A stretch of 64,000 nucleotides of DNA from positions 93,622,001 through 93,686,000 of the forward strand of contig NC_086107.1 of NCBI RefSeq assembly GCF_963921235.1. The letters run 5' to 3'. Source of the stretch: Mobula hypostoma (Eukaryota). Below, one piece after another: positions 42,213 through 53,920 of this stretch (positions are counted from its first letter, which is position 1; each line of letters begins with the position of its first letter). Below the pieces are notes generated by a model. It was given only the letters and a program-made list of their open reading frames with translations. It was not told the origin of the DNA and ran no database searches. Made by a program: the position numbers and the translations under genes.

Positions 42213-43800
42213 ATAGAACATAGAACATAGAATAGTACAGCACAGTACAGGCCCTTCGGCCCACAATGTTGTGCCGACCCTCAAACCCTGCCTCCCATAT
42301 AAGCCCCCACCTTAGATTCCTCCATATACCTGTCTAGTAGTCTCTTAAATTTCACTAGTGTATCTGCCTCCACCACTGACTCAGGCAGTGCATTCCACGC
42401 ACCAACCACTCTCTGAGTAAAAAATCTTCCTCTAATATCCCCCCTGAACTTCCCACCCCTTACCTTAAAGCTATGTCCTCTTGTATTGAGCAGTGGTGCC
42501 CTGGGGAAGAGGCGCTGGCTATCCACTCTATCTATTCCTCTTATTATCTTGTACACCTCTATCATGTCTCCTCTCATCCTCCTTCTCTCCAAAGATTAAA
42601 GCCCTAGCTCCCTTAATCTCTGATCATAATCCATACTCTCTGAACCAGGCAGCATCCTGGTAAATCTCCTCTGTACCCTTTCCAATGCTTCCACATCCTT
42701 CCTATAGTGAGGTGACCAGAACTGGACACAGTACTCCAAGTGTGGCCTAACCAGAGTTTTATAGAGCTGCATCATTATATCGCGACTCTTAAACTCTATC
42801 CCTCGACTTATGAAAGCCAACACCCCATAAGCTTTCTTAACTACCCTATCCACCTGTGAGGCAACTTTCAGGGATCTGTGGACATGTACCCCCAGATCCC
42901 TCTGCTCCTCCACACTACCAAGTATCCTGCCATTTACTTTGTACTCTGCCTTGGAGTTTGTCCTTCCAAAGTGTACCACCTCACACTTCTCTGGGTTGAA
43001 CTCCATCTGCCACTTCTCAGCCCACTTCTGCATCCTATCAATGTCTCTCTGCAATCTTTGACAATCCTCTACACTATCTACAACACCACCAACCTTTGTG
43101 TCGTCTGCAAATGAGGGAGTACATCGAATATAGAACATAGAACGGTACAGCACAGTACAGGCCCTTTGGCCCACAACAGTGTGCCAAGCCTTTAACCTAC
43201 TCCAAGATCAATCTAATTCTTCCCTCCCACATAGCCCTCCATTTTTCTTTCATTCATGTGACCATCTAAGAGTATTTTAAATCTCCCTAAAGCAATGCCT
43301 CTACCAACACCATGGTATCACATTCTACACACCTACCGCTCTCTGTGGAAAAACCTTACCTCTGACATCCCCCCCTATACTTTCCTCTAAACGTCTTAAA
43401 GTTATGCCCTCTTGTATTAACCATTTCCACCCTGGGGAAAAGGTCTCTGGCTGTCCACTCGATCTATGCCTCTGTCATCTTGTACACTTCTGTCAAGTTG
43501 CCTCTCATCTCCCTTTGCTCCAAAGAAAACTGCCCTAGCTTGTCCAAACTGTCCTCATAAGACTCGTTCTCCAATTCAGGCAGCATCCTGGCAAATCTCC
43601 TCTGCACCCTCTCTAAAGCTTCCACATCCTTCCTATAATGAGGCAAACAGAATTGAACACAGTACTCCAAGTGTGATCTAACCAGGGTTTTACAGAGCTG
43701 CAACATTACCACACAGCTCTTGAACTCAGTCCCCCAACTAAGGAAGGCCAATACACCATAACAACCCTACTAACATGCATGGCAATTTTGAGGGATCACT
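42213..43800 (-). mobile_element. Two tandem CR1 3' fragments (42213-43110 young; 43130-43800 older)
   Basis: FADDTKVGGVVDS, RPHLEYCVQFWSPHYRKD and RGDMIEVYKI; (AGAACAT)n tails. Confidence 0.94.
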
Positions 43801-43859
43801 TGAACTGAGGGAAAGACAACAGAATTTTTTCCCCAGAATATATAACTGATGAGATGAGC

Positions 43860-44035
43860 TTATAAAAGATCTTGCAGTTTCAGAGCCACTGATATTAATT
43901 TTTTTATTCCAGATTTATTTAAATAACTGAGTTTAAATTCCCCAGATGGCTTGGTGGGATTTGAACTCATCACTCAAGATCTTTAGTCAAGCTGTCTGCA
44001 TTTTAAGTCTGCTAATTTAGTCACTGCTACCATTC
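43860..44035 (-). mobile_element. Ancient tRNA-derived SINE head (DeuSINE/SacSINE1-like)
   Basis: - strand has B-box-like gagttcaaatcccacc followed by ggggaatttaaactc...aataaatctggaataaa; family assignment is from recall. Confidence 0.5.
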
Positions 44036-44178
44036 CTACTCACAACTGATCTCTCTCTGGTCCCTCTGGGGCAATTCAGAGCTTCCAGCTGTGGATACAA
44101 TTTGAAGAATTTGTCAGCCGTTTCCTTAAAAATGGTACTTCCCAGTACAGTAACAGTGTGTTTGTGAATGTAATTCAC

Positions 44179-44260
44179 CTGATAGCACAGATTAGATAGT
44201 CCGAATGGCCTGTTTCTCCAGGTTCCAGGCCATTCCCTAACAAGTCGCTACTCTGAAGAG
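44179..44260 (-). CDS. Candidate exon C of the - strand gene
   Basis: Acceptor ttccaccatttctccatag and donor CAG|GTGAAT; the only open frame is phase 1 to 2, LQSSDLLGNGLEPGETGHSDYLICAIR. Confidence 0.5.
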
Positions 44261-44319
44261 CTATGGAGAAATGGTGGAAATTAATGGAATTGTTCGAAAA
44301 CGGGAATGAAAATACTCTA

Positions 44320-45765
44320 AGTGATTCCCTTGTCCTCTCGTCCCTCCCCACTGATCTCCCTCCTGGCATCTGCCCTACACCTCCTCACCCACCTCCATTC
44401 AAACTGTCCTTCCAGGTGAGGTGACACTTCACCTGTCTGAGACATCTACTGTATCCGGTGCTCCTGGTGCAGCCTAGTCTACATCAGGGAGTCCCGACAC
44501 TTACTGGGGGACCACTTCGTCGAGCACTTTCTTTACATCTGCCACAAAAGACAGGATCTTCTAGTGGCTATTCATTTCAATTGAGCTTCCCATTCCCATT
44601 CTGACATGTCTTCTCATGGCCTCCTCTACAGCTAACACCTCATATTCTGTCTGGGTAGCCTCCAACCTGATGGCACGAGAATTAATTTCCCCTACTTTTG
44701 GTAATCTCTCTCCCCTGCCTCCTTCTCTCAATTTCCATTCCTCATTGTGCTTCCCCTCTCACCCCTTTGCTTCTCCTCACCCGCCCATCACCTCCCTCTG
44801 GTGCCCCTCTTCCTTCCCTTTCTCCCATAATCCACTCTCTTCTCCTATCAGATTCCTTCTTCTTCAGCCCTTTCCCCTTTCCACCTATCCCCTCACAGCT
44901 TCTTACATCATCCCCCTTCCCCAATCACCTGCCTTCGCCCCTCACCTACTAGCTTGTACTCCTCTCCCTCCCTCCCCTCCTTCTCCTTCTGGGTTCTGCC
45001 TTCTCCTCTCTAGTCCTGATGAACGGACAGTTCAAAACATCAACTGTTTTTTTTAGATTGTGAGGACACTCAGTCCTCGTTTATTGTCACTTAGAAATGC
45101 ATGCTTTAAAAAATGATACAACTTTCCTTCAGAATGATATCACAAGAAAACACAGGACAAACCAGGACTAAAACTGACAAAACCACATAATTATAACATA
45201 TAGTTACAACAGTGCAAAACAATACTGTAATAGCCTCATCATCTCACGCAGGCGGCAGAAGGGAGAAACTCTCCCTGCCATGAACCTCCAAGCACTGCCA
45301 ACTTGCCGATGGAGCACCATTGGAAGCACCCGACCGCAGCCAACTCTGAGTCCGTCCGAAAACTTCGAGCCTCCGACCAGCCCTTCCAACACAGCCTCTC
45401 CGAGCACCATCCTCTGCCGAGCGCTTCGACCCTGCCCCGGCCGCCGAGCAACAAGCAAAGCCGAGGACTCGGGGCCTTCTCCTCCGGAGATTCTGGACCA
45501 CACAGTAGCAGCAGCAGTGAAGCAGGCATTTCAGAAGTTTCACCAGATGTTCCTCTGTGCTCTCAAATCAGGATTGTGCACGGCTCCCTACTTGACAAAT
45601 AACAGACATCACCACCGGAGTGGCCGCTGCGAGCTGTGTCACACCGCCATCTTCTCCTCCCGCTTGTTTATTCGGCTCCATAGATACTGCCTGACCTGTT
45701 GAGTTCTTTCAGCATTTTGTGTGTGTTGCTCTGAATTTCCAGCTTCTGCAGAATCTCTTGTGTTT
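44320..45765 (+). mobile_element. Penelope-like element 3' part (GIY-YIG remnant, pyrimidine-rich terminal repeat, decayed hammerhead), split by an insertion at 45053-45663
   Basis: IYCIRCSWCSLVYIRESRHLLGDHFVEH (GIY-YIG-like); tagtcCTGATGA at 45011; terminal repeat resumes at 45664. Confidence 0.82.
45053..45663 (-). mobile_element. ~680-bp non-autonomous retroelement, copy B
   Basis: - strand begins gcgggaggagaagatggcgg; same 3' end as the other copies. Confidence 0.87.
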
Positions 45766-45800
45766 ATAAAAGTGTAGTCCTTGTGTCTGCAATTCATTAC

Positions 45801-45995
45801 CAGCCAGGTCTGAGCTCATAACGGGACACCAGCAATTGTAAACCGCAGGTCTTTGTTCCTTCCCCAGTTCTGATGCAGATTCCTTCCGACATTTTAGCAT
45901 CAAGCTCACAACAAGTTGGCTAACAGGTACACTGCGAATATTTCTATCAGCCTGCATTGCCTCAGGGTTACCAGCATCTACATTTTCCCTCCACA
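45801..45995 (-). CDS. Candidate exon B of the - strand gene (195 nt, phase 1-1; alternative in-frame acceptor at 46004)
   Basis: Long pyrimidine tract upstream, acceptor ctctgtcag and donor CTG|GTAATG; open frame WRENVDAGNPEAMQ...YNCWCPVMSSDLA. Confidence 0.5.
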
Positions 45996-46889
45996 CTGAC
46001 AGAGCTAATGTCAAGGAGACAAGCGGATGTGTGAAATGGAAGGAGAAGAGGAGGGGAGGAACAGGGTGAGGTAACGAGAGATGGTCACTGAATGGTGGAG
46101 GAGGCTCAAGGGACCAGATGGCCTGTTCCTGCTCCTATTTCTTGTGTTCTTATGTTCTTATGTCACGGGATATGATGAGGAGGGGGATAGAGTGGGGTGA
46201 AGCAGGAACTAAGCTGGAAAGAGTGCACAGGAGTTCAACAAAGACGCTGCTGGGACTCAAAGGAACTCTGGTATGGAGAGAGATGGAGCAGGGTTGGGGC
46301 CTTGTTCATTACAATGGAGAAGAATGGGGGCTGATCTTATAGAAGTGTATAAAACCACGAGAAACATAGGTTGGATGAATGTACTTTGAGTTGAGGAATC
46401 AAAAACTAGAGGCCATAGGTTAAAGCTAAAAGAGGAAAGAGTTAACAGGGATTTAAGTTGCAACTTTTAACGCAGAGGCTGGTGAGAATATGGAACAAGC
46501 TGCCAGAGGAAGTGGTTGAGGCAGGTACAAAAGATGGTTGGACAGGTACATTGGATAGGGAAACACTGGCAAATTGGGCCAGTTTGGACAAGCATGTTGG
46601 CTAGCATGGAACACTTGGGCTGAAAGGCCTGTTTCCATGCTGTGTGAGTTTCTGACCATGGAGGAGGGATCCCATTAGGAAAGAAAAATCATTTTCCTGC
46701 CACATTTGGCCAGGTTGGTGGGATTGCCTTGTCAAACTCTGCAGTGCCTAACCAATTGCGAATCCTTGCTGATGGGAGATGGCTTCAAATCAAGGTCGGG
46801 AGAGCAGCATGCGTCTGGAGTGGAGGAATGAATGGCTTTCCCCGTCACCCACCAGAGTGACATTCAGCAAAAACCGTGAACTTACTGTG

Positions 46890-48220
46890 CGGAGGCAGAC
46901 ACCAAGCATCATCCTTCATCAAGGACCCCCGCCATCCAGTCCACACTCCCATCTCGCTGCTGCCATCAGGAAGGAGGCACGGGAGACTTGGGTCCCACAT
47001 CACCAGGTTCAGGAACAGTTATTACCCCTCAACCATCTTGAACCAGCACGGAAAATTTCATTCACCTCAACTCTGAACTGATCCATAACCTGTAGAGTCA
47101 CTTTCAAGGACTCTACACTCATGTTCTCAGTGTTATTTATTTACTTATTTGTTTGTTTTTTATTGTTATTGTATTTGCATTTGCACAGATTGTCTATTTT
47201 AGTAGCTTTTCCAGTGATTCTATTGTATTTCTTTGTTCTACTGTGAATGCCTGCAAGAAATGGCAGTATATGGTAGATTTTATTTATTCATTTCATTTTA
47301 TTTAGAGATACCAAAATGGAACGGGCTCTTCCAGCCATTTGTGCTGTGCCACCAGCAAACCACCAACTTAATCCTAGTCACGGGACAATTTACAATGACC
47401 AGTTAATCTACTAACCGGTATGTCTTTGGACTGTGGGAGGAAACCAGAGCACCCAGAGGAAACCCACGTACGCAGTCACGGGAAGAACGTATGAACTCCT
47501 TATTGACAGACGCGCTTTACCGTATTAGCGTTGCACTAACCGCTACAGTACCGTGGTGCCCAATATACGTACTTAGATAATAAATATGCTTTGAACCTTG
47601 AACTTTGGACTTCCGGAGTTTGGTGTCAGTTCCAGACTCAATGCCCACCCACAGATTTCAAAACCCCTCCCAAACTTTGACCCGGTCCAGAGCGGCTTTT
47701 AACCTGTCATTCAATGCAAAAGCGACGATAATGGAAAAGATAGAATTAAAGAGTCTAAGAATGTGGAAGAACCACCTTGAAGGAATGTGCAAGAGGTGAT
47801 TGGCTCAGGAGTCTGACAATAGTTCTTTACTCTGGTTGTCCAGTCTTTCAAACTCCTGTGTCTTCTTCCAGATTGGGGGTGAGGGGGGGGGCAAGAGAAA
47901 AAGGGAATGGCCAAGCAGCAGTCTTCCTTGAAGATACAGTTAGCTTTCCAGAAGTAATGTGCCGTGAAGGCGGACTGGATGGAAGAAAGTGATGAACCTG
48001 TGATGGACTGGGCAGTGTTTACCACTTTCTGTGTGTTCCGTTGGTCCTGTGCTCCCCGTGACCGTGTGGGTATCCTCTGTGTGCTCCGCTTTCCTCCCAC
48101 AGTCCATAGAAATACGGGTTAGTTGGTTAATTGGTCACTCGGGTGTAATTGGGCAGCGCAGGGTCATTGGGCCGGAAGCTCCTGTTTCCATGCTGTGTCT
48201 CTTAAAAAAAGCAAACAAAG
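46890..48220. mobile_element. Rex/Babar 3' fragments and V-SINE-related copies
   Basis: IKDP..LLPSGRR..TRFRNSYYP motif; V-SINE cores at ~47420-47500 (-) and ~48055-48105 (+). Confidence 0.75.
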
Positions 48221-48394
48221 ACTCCACTGTGAGTGCCTCTCCCTTTATTGCCGGTATAGAGTAAGAGCGTCACACGGCACAGAAACAGACCCTTCAGCCC
48301 AGATGGTCCCTGCCCAGCTTCCCCATCTCAGAAAACCTCATTCACCTTTGTACAATACAGTGGCTATTTATCTGACACAGTGGTGCTCGTGAGG

Positions 48395-48910
48395 CAAGTT
48401 ATAGGAGGCAGTGCAGAGGAGGTTCACCAGGTTGATTCTAGGGATGAAGGGGTTAACCTATGAGGAGAGATTGAGTCTCCTGGGACTACACTCTCTGGAG
48501 TTCAGAAGAATGAGAGGGGATCTTATAGACACATACAACATTAACAAGAAACATAGAAACATACAGGGGATAGCTAAGATAGAAGTAGGAAAGTTGTTTC
48601 CCTTGGTAGGTGAGACTAGAACTAGGGGACATTGCCTCAAGATTCAGGGGAGAAGATTTAGGACAGAGATGAGGAGAAACTGTTTTTCCCAGAGAGTGGT
48701 GAATCTGTGGAATTCTCTGCCCAGGGAGGCAGTTGAGGCTTCCTCACTAATTATATTTAAGAAACCGTTAGATAGATTTTTACATAGTAGGGGAATTAAG
48801 GGTTATGGGGAAAAGGCAGGTAGATGGAACTGAGTTTACGGACAGATCAGCCATGATCTTATTGATTGGCGGTGCAGGCTTGATGGACCGAATGGCTCCT
48901 ATTTCTTATG
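48395..48910 (+). mobile_element. CR1 3' fragment
   Basis: ORF 48411-48833 has QRRFTRLI, RRMRGDLI and FSQRVVNLWNSLP. Confidence 0.92.
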
Positions 48911-49074
48911 AAGAAGAAGGAAGCCCTTACCTCCGAGTGGAGTCATCGGGATGCCGTCATGACGGTGTTTATTTAGCAGGCTTTCTTATTTTTACGAGGC
49001 TGAGTTGCTAGCTCGACGGATGGAAAGCGTTACGTTCTTATGTTATTATGGCTTCTGTAATAGGCCTCGTAGTT

Positions 49075-49300
49075 GGGTGGTACAGTGGTGCAGTGGGTAG
49101 AGCCTCTTCCTCGTAGCTCCAGGGATGCAGGTTCGATCCCAACCTCAAGCACTGTCCATGTGGAGTTTGCACGTTCTCCCTGTGACAACATGGGTTTCCT
49201 CCGGGTGCTCCGGTTTTCTCCCACGTCCAACGTTCATGTGGGTGGGCTAGTTAGTCACTGCAAAATACCCCAAGTGCGTGGGTGAGAAGTAGAATCTGGA
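49075..49300 (+). mobile_element. V-SINE with recognisable tRNA-derived head
   Basis: A-box-like tggtgcagtggg, B-box ggttcgatccc, then the V core gggtttcctccgggtgctccggttttctcccac. Confidence 0.85.
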
Positions 49301-49398
49301 GAGAAGACTCAAGTTTGTTTATCACGTGTATATCAAAACATAACGTTAATAACCAAGTGATGGAGATCTGGAGAGAACAGATTATGGAGAAAGATATA

Positions 49399-50085
49399 CA
49401 CTCAGTGGCCACTTTATTATCTGTACACCCACTCATTAACGCAAATAACTAATCAGCCAATCATGTAGCAGTAACTCAATGCATAAAAGCATGCAGACAT
49501 ACATGGTCAAGAGGTTTAGTTTTTGTTCAGATGAAACATCAGAATTGGGAAGAAATGTGATCTAAGTGGCATTGACTGTGGAATGATTGTTGGTGCCAGA
49601 GGGGGTGGTTTGAGTATCTCAGAAACTGCTGATCTCCTGGGATTTTCACACACAGCAGTCTCTAGAGTTTACAGAGAATGGTGTAAATTGGTGGTGGATA
49701 GTAGTATGAACAGCTGGTGCATATCACAAGTCCTGGTTGTGCAACCACTGATGTTAGCCAGACAATCTCTGAAGAGTATTGATAATGGCTGGGGTCATCC
49801 GTCTTACAAGGATGCTTCTGGCAAACCACTTCTGTATAAAACTTTGCCGAGAACAATCACGGTCATAGACCATGATCGCCCATGTCGTACGACACAGCAC
49901 ATAATGATGATGGTGCAAAAAGCACAAAACATCCAGTGAGCAGCAGCTCTGTGGGTGAAGTGCCTTGTTGTTGAGCGGGGTCAGGGGAGAACAGCCAGAC
50001 TGGTTCAAACTGACAGGAAGGAAGCAGTAACTCGAGTGACCATGCATTAAGACAGTGGTGGGCAGCGGGGCATCTCTGATGAATC
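49399..50085 (+). mobile_element. Tc1-like transposon remnant (left end plus N-terminal HTH region), interrupted at 49685-49912
   Basis: TA followed by cactcagtggccactttatta; MIVGARGGGLSISETADLLGFSHTAVSRVYREWC, resuming with KTSSEQQLCG after an insert flanked by atggtg repeats. Confidence 0.88.
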
Positions 50086-50259
50086 TCAGAAGCCACCCTA
50101 TCGAAGAAAGTGTCCACTGGGTGTAGAATGGCTTCTCTTACAAGCCTCAGATTTGGGTGGCACAGTTGTACAGTGGGTAGTGAGGGGATGGCTTCACTCT
50201 GAGGGTATCACTGACTCAAAATGCCAAGCGGCCTCCTTCTAAGCAGTAAATATGAAGTA

Positions 50260-50969
50260 CAGTACTGTGCAAGTCTTAAGCACTTATATATACAAATAGG
50301 CTAGGGAGCCTAAGACATTTTGCACAGTACTGTAGTGATTTTATATGTTGTTGTACTGCTGTCACAAAAATAAACAAATTTCATGACGTTTGTGAGTGAT
50401 GATAAACCTGATTCTGATCTGAGTCTCTACAGTGGACTGAGAGTGGGAAAGGGGACAGGGAGAGGGGAATCATGGTTGGGAAAAGGGGAAGTGAGAGGGG
50501 AGGGAGCGGGGAGCACCAGAGAGACATTCGAATGTCCTTACCTGATGTCTCAGGGCTGGGTGTGGCTGCACCCATGCCAACCCCTGCCCCTGCCAGCTGT
50601 CCCACACCCCTCCCATGATGCTCCATGCTCACCATTCCCAATATCCTTAGCTCCCGCCAGAGTTACAGACTCACTCTTCACTCCACGTTGGGAGCGGGGA
50701 GCACCGGAGAGACATTCCAATGACCTTACCTGATGTCTCAGGGCTGGGTGTGTCTGCACCCATGCCAATCCCTGCCCCTGGCACTCCTTCTCTGCCAGCT
50801 GGCCCACACCCCTCCCATGATGCTCCACCCTCGCCATTCCCAATATAGTATTCTTTGCTCCCGCCAGGGTTACAAACTCACTCTCCACTCCACGTTGACA
50901 AATACAGTTCTGTGCAAAAGTCTTAGGCACCCTAGATAATATATATGTGCCGACTTTCGAACAGTACTG
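50260..50969. mobile_element. Composite Tc1-type non-autonomous unit bounded by two mini-MITEs
   Basis: TA-CAGTACTG at 50258 and CAGTACTG-TA ending 50971; internal TIR copies ending 50332 and starting 50905. Confidence 0.75.
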
Positions 50970-51035
50970 TATATGAAACTCTACCTCCGCCAGGATCTAT
51001 AAATGGTGTTATCAGACTGCCTTGTGGGAGCTTAC

Positions 51036-51189
51036 TGTTTGCAATTAGCTGCCACGGTTCCAAGACTGCAGTGTTTTCTAAGATGTACTTCGGTGATAGA
51101 GAAAGCCACGAGGTGTTTTGGGACCACAGGGATCACAGAAACCTCCCAGGAAAAGCTACAATGTTGAAGATCTGGGTGTCTAACTTCAT
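51036..51189 (-). other. Candidate exon A of the - strand gene (coding status uncertain)
   Basis: Acceptor tttataatctttctctagtag and donor ACA|GTAAGC. A further perfect donor (ATG|GTAAGT, 51379-51384) marks a possible upstream exon at 51385-51452. Confidence 0.45.
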
Positions 51190-51306
51190 CTACTAGAGAA
51201 AGATTATAAACAGGAACAGGGTAAAGGAACTCCCTTGAAATTACCAGCACCAAAGGGTTAACTCTCACTCGCCGAGAATCTACTTCACACCACATGGAGA
51301 CAATTA

Positions 51307-51354
51307 TGATTGGTTGTGAGCTGCCGGTCGTCCTGGAAACCGGCGAACCAATCA
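51307..51354. promoter_or_regulatory. Putative regulatory module: X-box-like motif between two inverted CCAAT boxes
   Basis: tgATTGGtt (51307-51315), GTCGTCCTGGAAAC (51327-51340) and aaCCAATca (51346-51354); locally CpG-rich. Confidence 0.4.
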
Positions 51355-52199
51355 GGTGCTTACAAAACTCATTTTCCAACTTACCATCCTCACAGAGAAT
51401 CACATACACAATCAACATTGGGACAGGGAGAACATTTTGACACGTTATTTCTCTGTTGAATTATTTACACTTTATGCGGCACAAGGTTAGAAGAATAAAA
51501 AAAATTATTATTCTCAAGGTGTGAGTGTGGAGACGCAACATGGCGGCAACTGCTTAAAGGGTACCCAATTTCCCCCCCGCATCAAAATTTATGGGTATCA
51601 CAGTCAGTCTGAGCCTTAATGTTTATCAGAGAAAGCTACTGCGATTAACAAAGTAGGGTTTTAAATACAAACCCCCAAAGCTATACTGTATCCTGCAGGT
51701 TATAAAATTATAATCACAGAACAGAATCAGGTCCTTCAGCCCCTCTGTTCCACGCTAACCAAGTTGCCCCATCCAAGCTAGTTCCATTTGCCAGCATTTG
51801 GTCCATTTCACAGCCTCACTTTCAAGGTCTCTACAACTCGTGTTCTCAGTATTTGTTTCTCTTATTATTTTCAAAACTTTGATTGGCTATTTGTCAGTCT
51901 TTGTTTACGTACGTGTTTTATTCATGGATTCTATTGTATTTGTTTATTTTCTTGCCCACAAGAAAATGAATCTTAGGGTGACATATATGTACCTTGATAG
52001 TAAATTTACTTTGACTTTGAAGTTGATATCCCTCTAATCTTTACCCGTCCTGGTACCCGTCCAAGAGACGATGACATTTGAACTACTACACCCAGCCCAA
52101 TCTCTATATATTTCCCTCACTGTTGTGCAGTTTGGTTTTAATTAACGGCCCCATCCCCAGCCGTCTTGTATCCTGCAGGCTATAGATTTCTCAAGGATC

Positions 52200-53190
52200 A
52201 AGGATCATCAGGATTGGACAAACTTGGGCTGTTTTCTCTGGAGTAGCAGAGGCTGAGGAGTGCTCTGATAGAGGATTATGGGAGGCATAGATGAGTAGTC
52301 AGATAGCGTCCTTTTCCAAGGGTTGAAATATCTAAAACCAGTGGGCGTGCACTTAAGGTAGGTAGGCATCCCCAACCTTTTTTATACCATGGACTGATAC
52401 TTTGCCTGTTGCTCAGCAGCCGGGGCCGGGGTCGAAGCGCTCGGCAGAGATGGTGCTCAGTCCTTGGTGTCGGAGGGTTGGTCGGAGGCTCGAAGTTTTC
52501 GGACGGACTCAGAGTCGGACTGTGGTCGGGTGCTTCCAGGGTGCTGCATCGGCAAGTTTGCGGTGCTGGAAGCTCACGGCAGGGAGAGTTTCTCCCTTCT
52601 ACCGTCTGCATGAGATGATGGGGCTCTCGGGACTTTGAGACTTTTTTTTTACCGTGCCCATGGTCTGCTCTTATCAAATTACGGTATTGCTTTGCACTGT
52701 TGTAACTATATGTTATAATTATGTGGTTTTTGTCAGTTTTAGTCTTGGTTTGTCTTGTGTTTCTGTGATATCATACTGGAGGAACATTGTATCATTTTTT
52801 AATGCATGCATTTCTAAATGACAATAAATGAGGACTGAGTGTCCTCATAGTCTAATCTAATTAAGCAAGGAGTCCGTAGACCCCAGGTTGGGAAACCCCT
52901 GATGTAAGGTGAGAGGGGGTAATTTCAAAGGAGATGTAAGGGGCAAACTTTTTACACAGAGAGCAGTGGGTGCCTGGAATGCACTGCCTGTGGCAGTGGT
53001 AGAGTCAGAAACATTAGGGACTTACAGGAGAGGTTTAGATAGGCACATGAATGTGAGGAAAATGGAAGAATATGGACACTGTGTGGGCAGAAGGGATTAG
53101 TTTAATAGCCATTTGCTTAATAATTTAATAGGTTCAGCATTGTGAGCTGAAGGGCCTATTCCTGTGCTGTAATGTTCTATGTTCTAAGTT
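52200..53190 (+). mobile_element. CR1 3' fragment containing a hAT-like MITE (52359-52901), which contains retroelement copy C (52401-52860)
   Basis: MITE ends catccccaacct / aggttgggaaacccctg; imperfect 8-bp flanks acttaagg / atgtaagg; CR1 frame resumes RGGNFKGDVRGKLFTQR. Confidence 0.8.
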
Positions 53191-53920
53191 CTAACTTTAT
53201 CCACTCTATATATTTACACGTATTAGGGATTTACTGTGATGCATTGACTCGACATGCATCATTCATCAATTATTACGAATAAAGAATTATATAAAATAAA
53301 GTTCGAGGTTAAAGTACGGATATGTAATAAAATGTGCATAAATACATGAACACCGGCATGCATTTACAACATAAACAGTTTTATAAAAAGTGGTTTAAAA
53401 TGTCGACAATGCAGTGCAGTGACTGAAGTAATAGACAAAGGGGTTGGGGGTAACTAGGATGGTTGATCAGATTGGGATGGGGAAAGAACTTTTAAGATGG
53501 TGTGTGGTTTATTTTGTTTAAGTCTATGTTTCTAAGTAGCCCTACAGTGCTTTCCAGAAGGGAGATTTTGAAAAAGACAGTGCGGAAACAGGCCCTTCAG
53601 CCCATCATGTCCATGCTGGCCAAGATGCCCCATCCAGGCTCGTCCCATCTGGCCACATTTATCACACATCCCTAAACCTTTCCTGTCCAAGAGACATTGA
53701 CTTCTGAAGCAGTCCACCCTGCTCAGTCTTCATATGTGTCACCCACTGGATGTGGAGATAGGAATGAGGCCATTCAGCCCTTCATGTCCTGCTGCACCAT
53801 TCAATGACTGTCGGAAGTTTCAGTGACTATTTCATACCATCCGCACAAGCTCAGCCTTGCCACCATTTCACACATGCACCAGCAGGGGTAAAAATGTTGA
53901 CTCACGCAGAGGAGGAAGTC

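Noticed and set aside
45204..45702. Overlapping ~100-140 aa ORFs in the ~680-bp element copies
   Set aside because: GC-rich sequence open in several frames on both strands, with indels between copies and no recognisable domain.
49075..49150. tRNA-like sequence with A and B boxes
   Set aside because: It runs directly into the V-SINE core, so it is a SINE head rather than a tRNA gene.
51408..51452. RNNVSKCSPCPNVDC, reminiscent of a TNF-receptor cysteine-rich repeat
   Set aside because: Only 15 residues, followed by a stop unless a weaker donor is used; no other cysteine-rich or transmembrane exons found.
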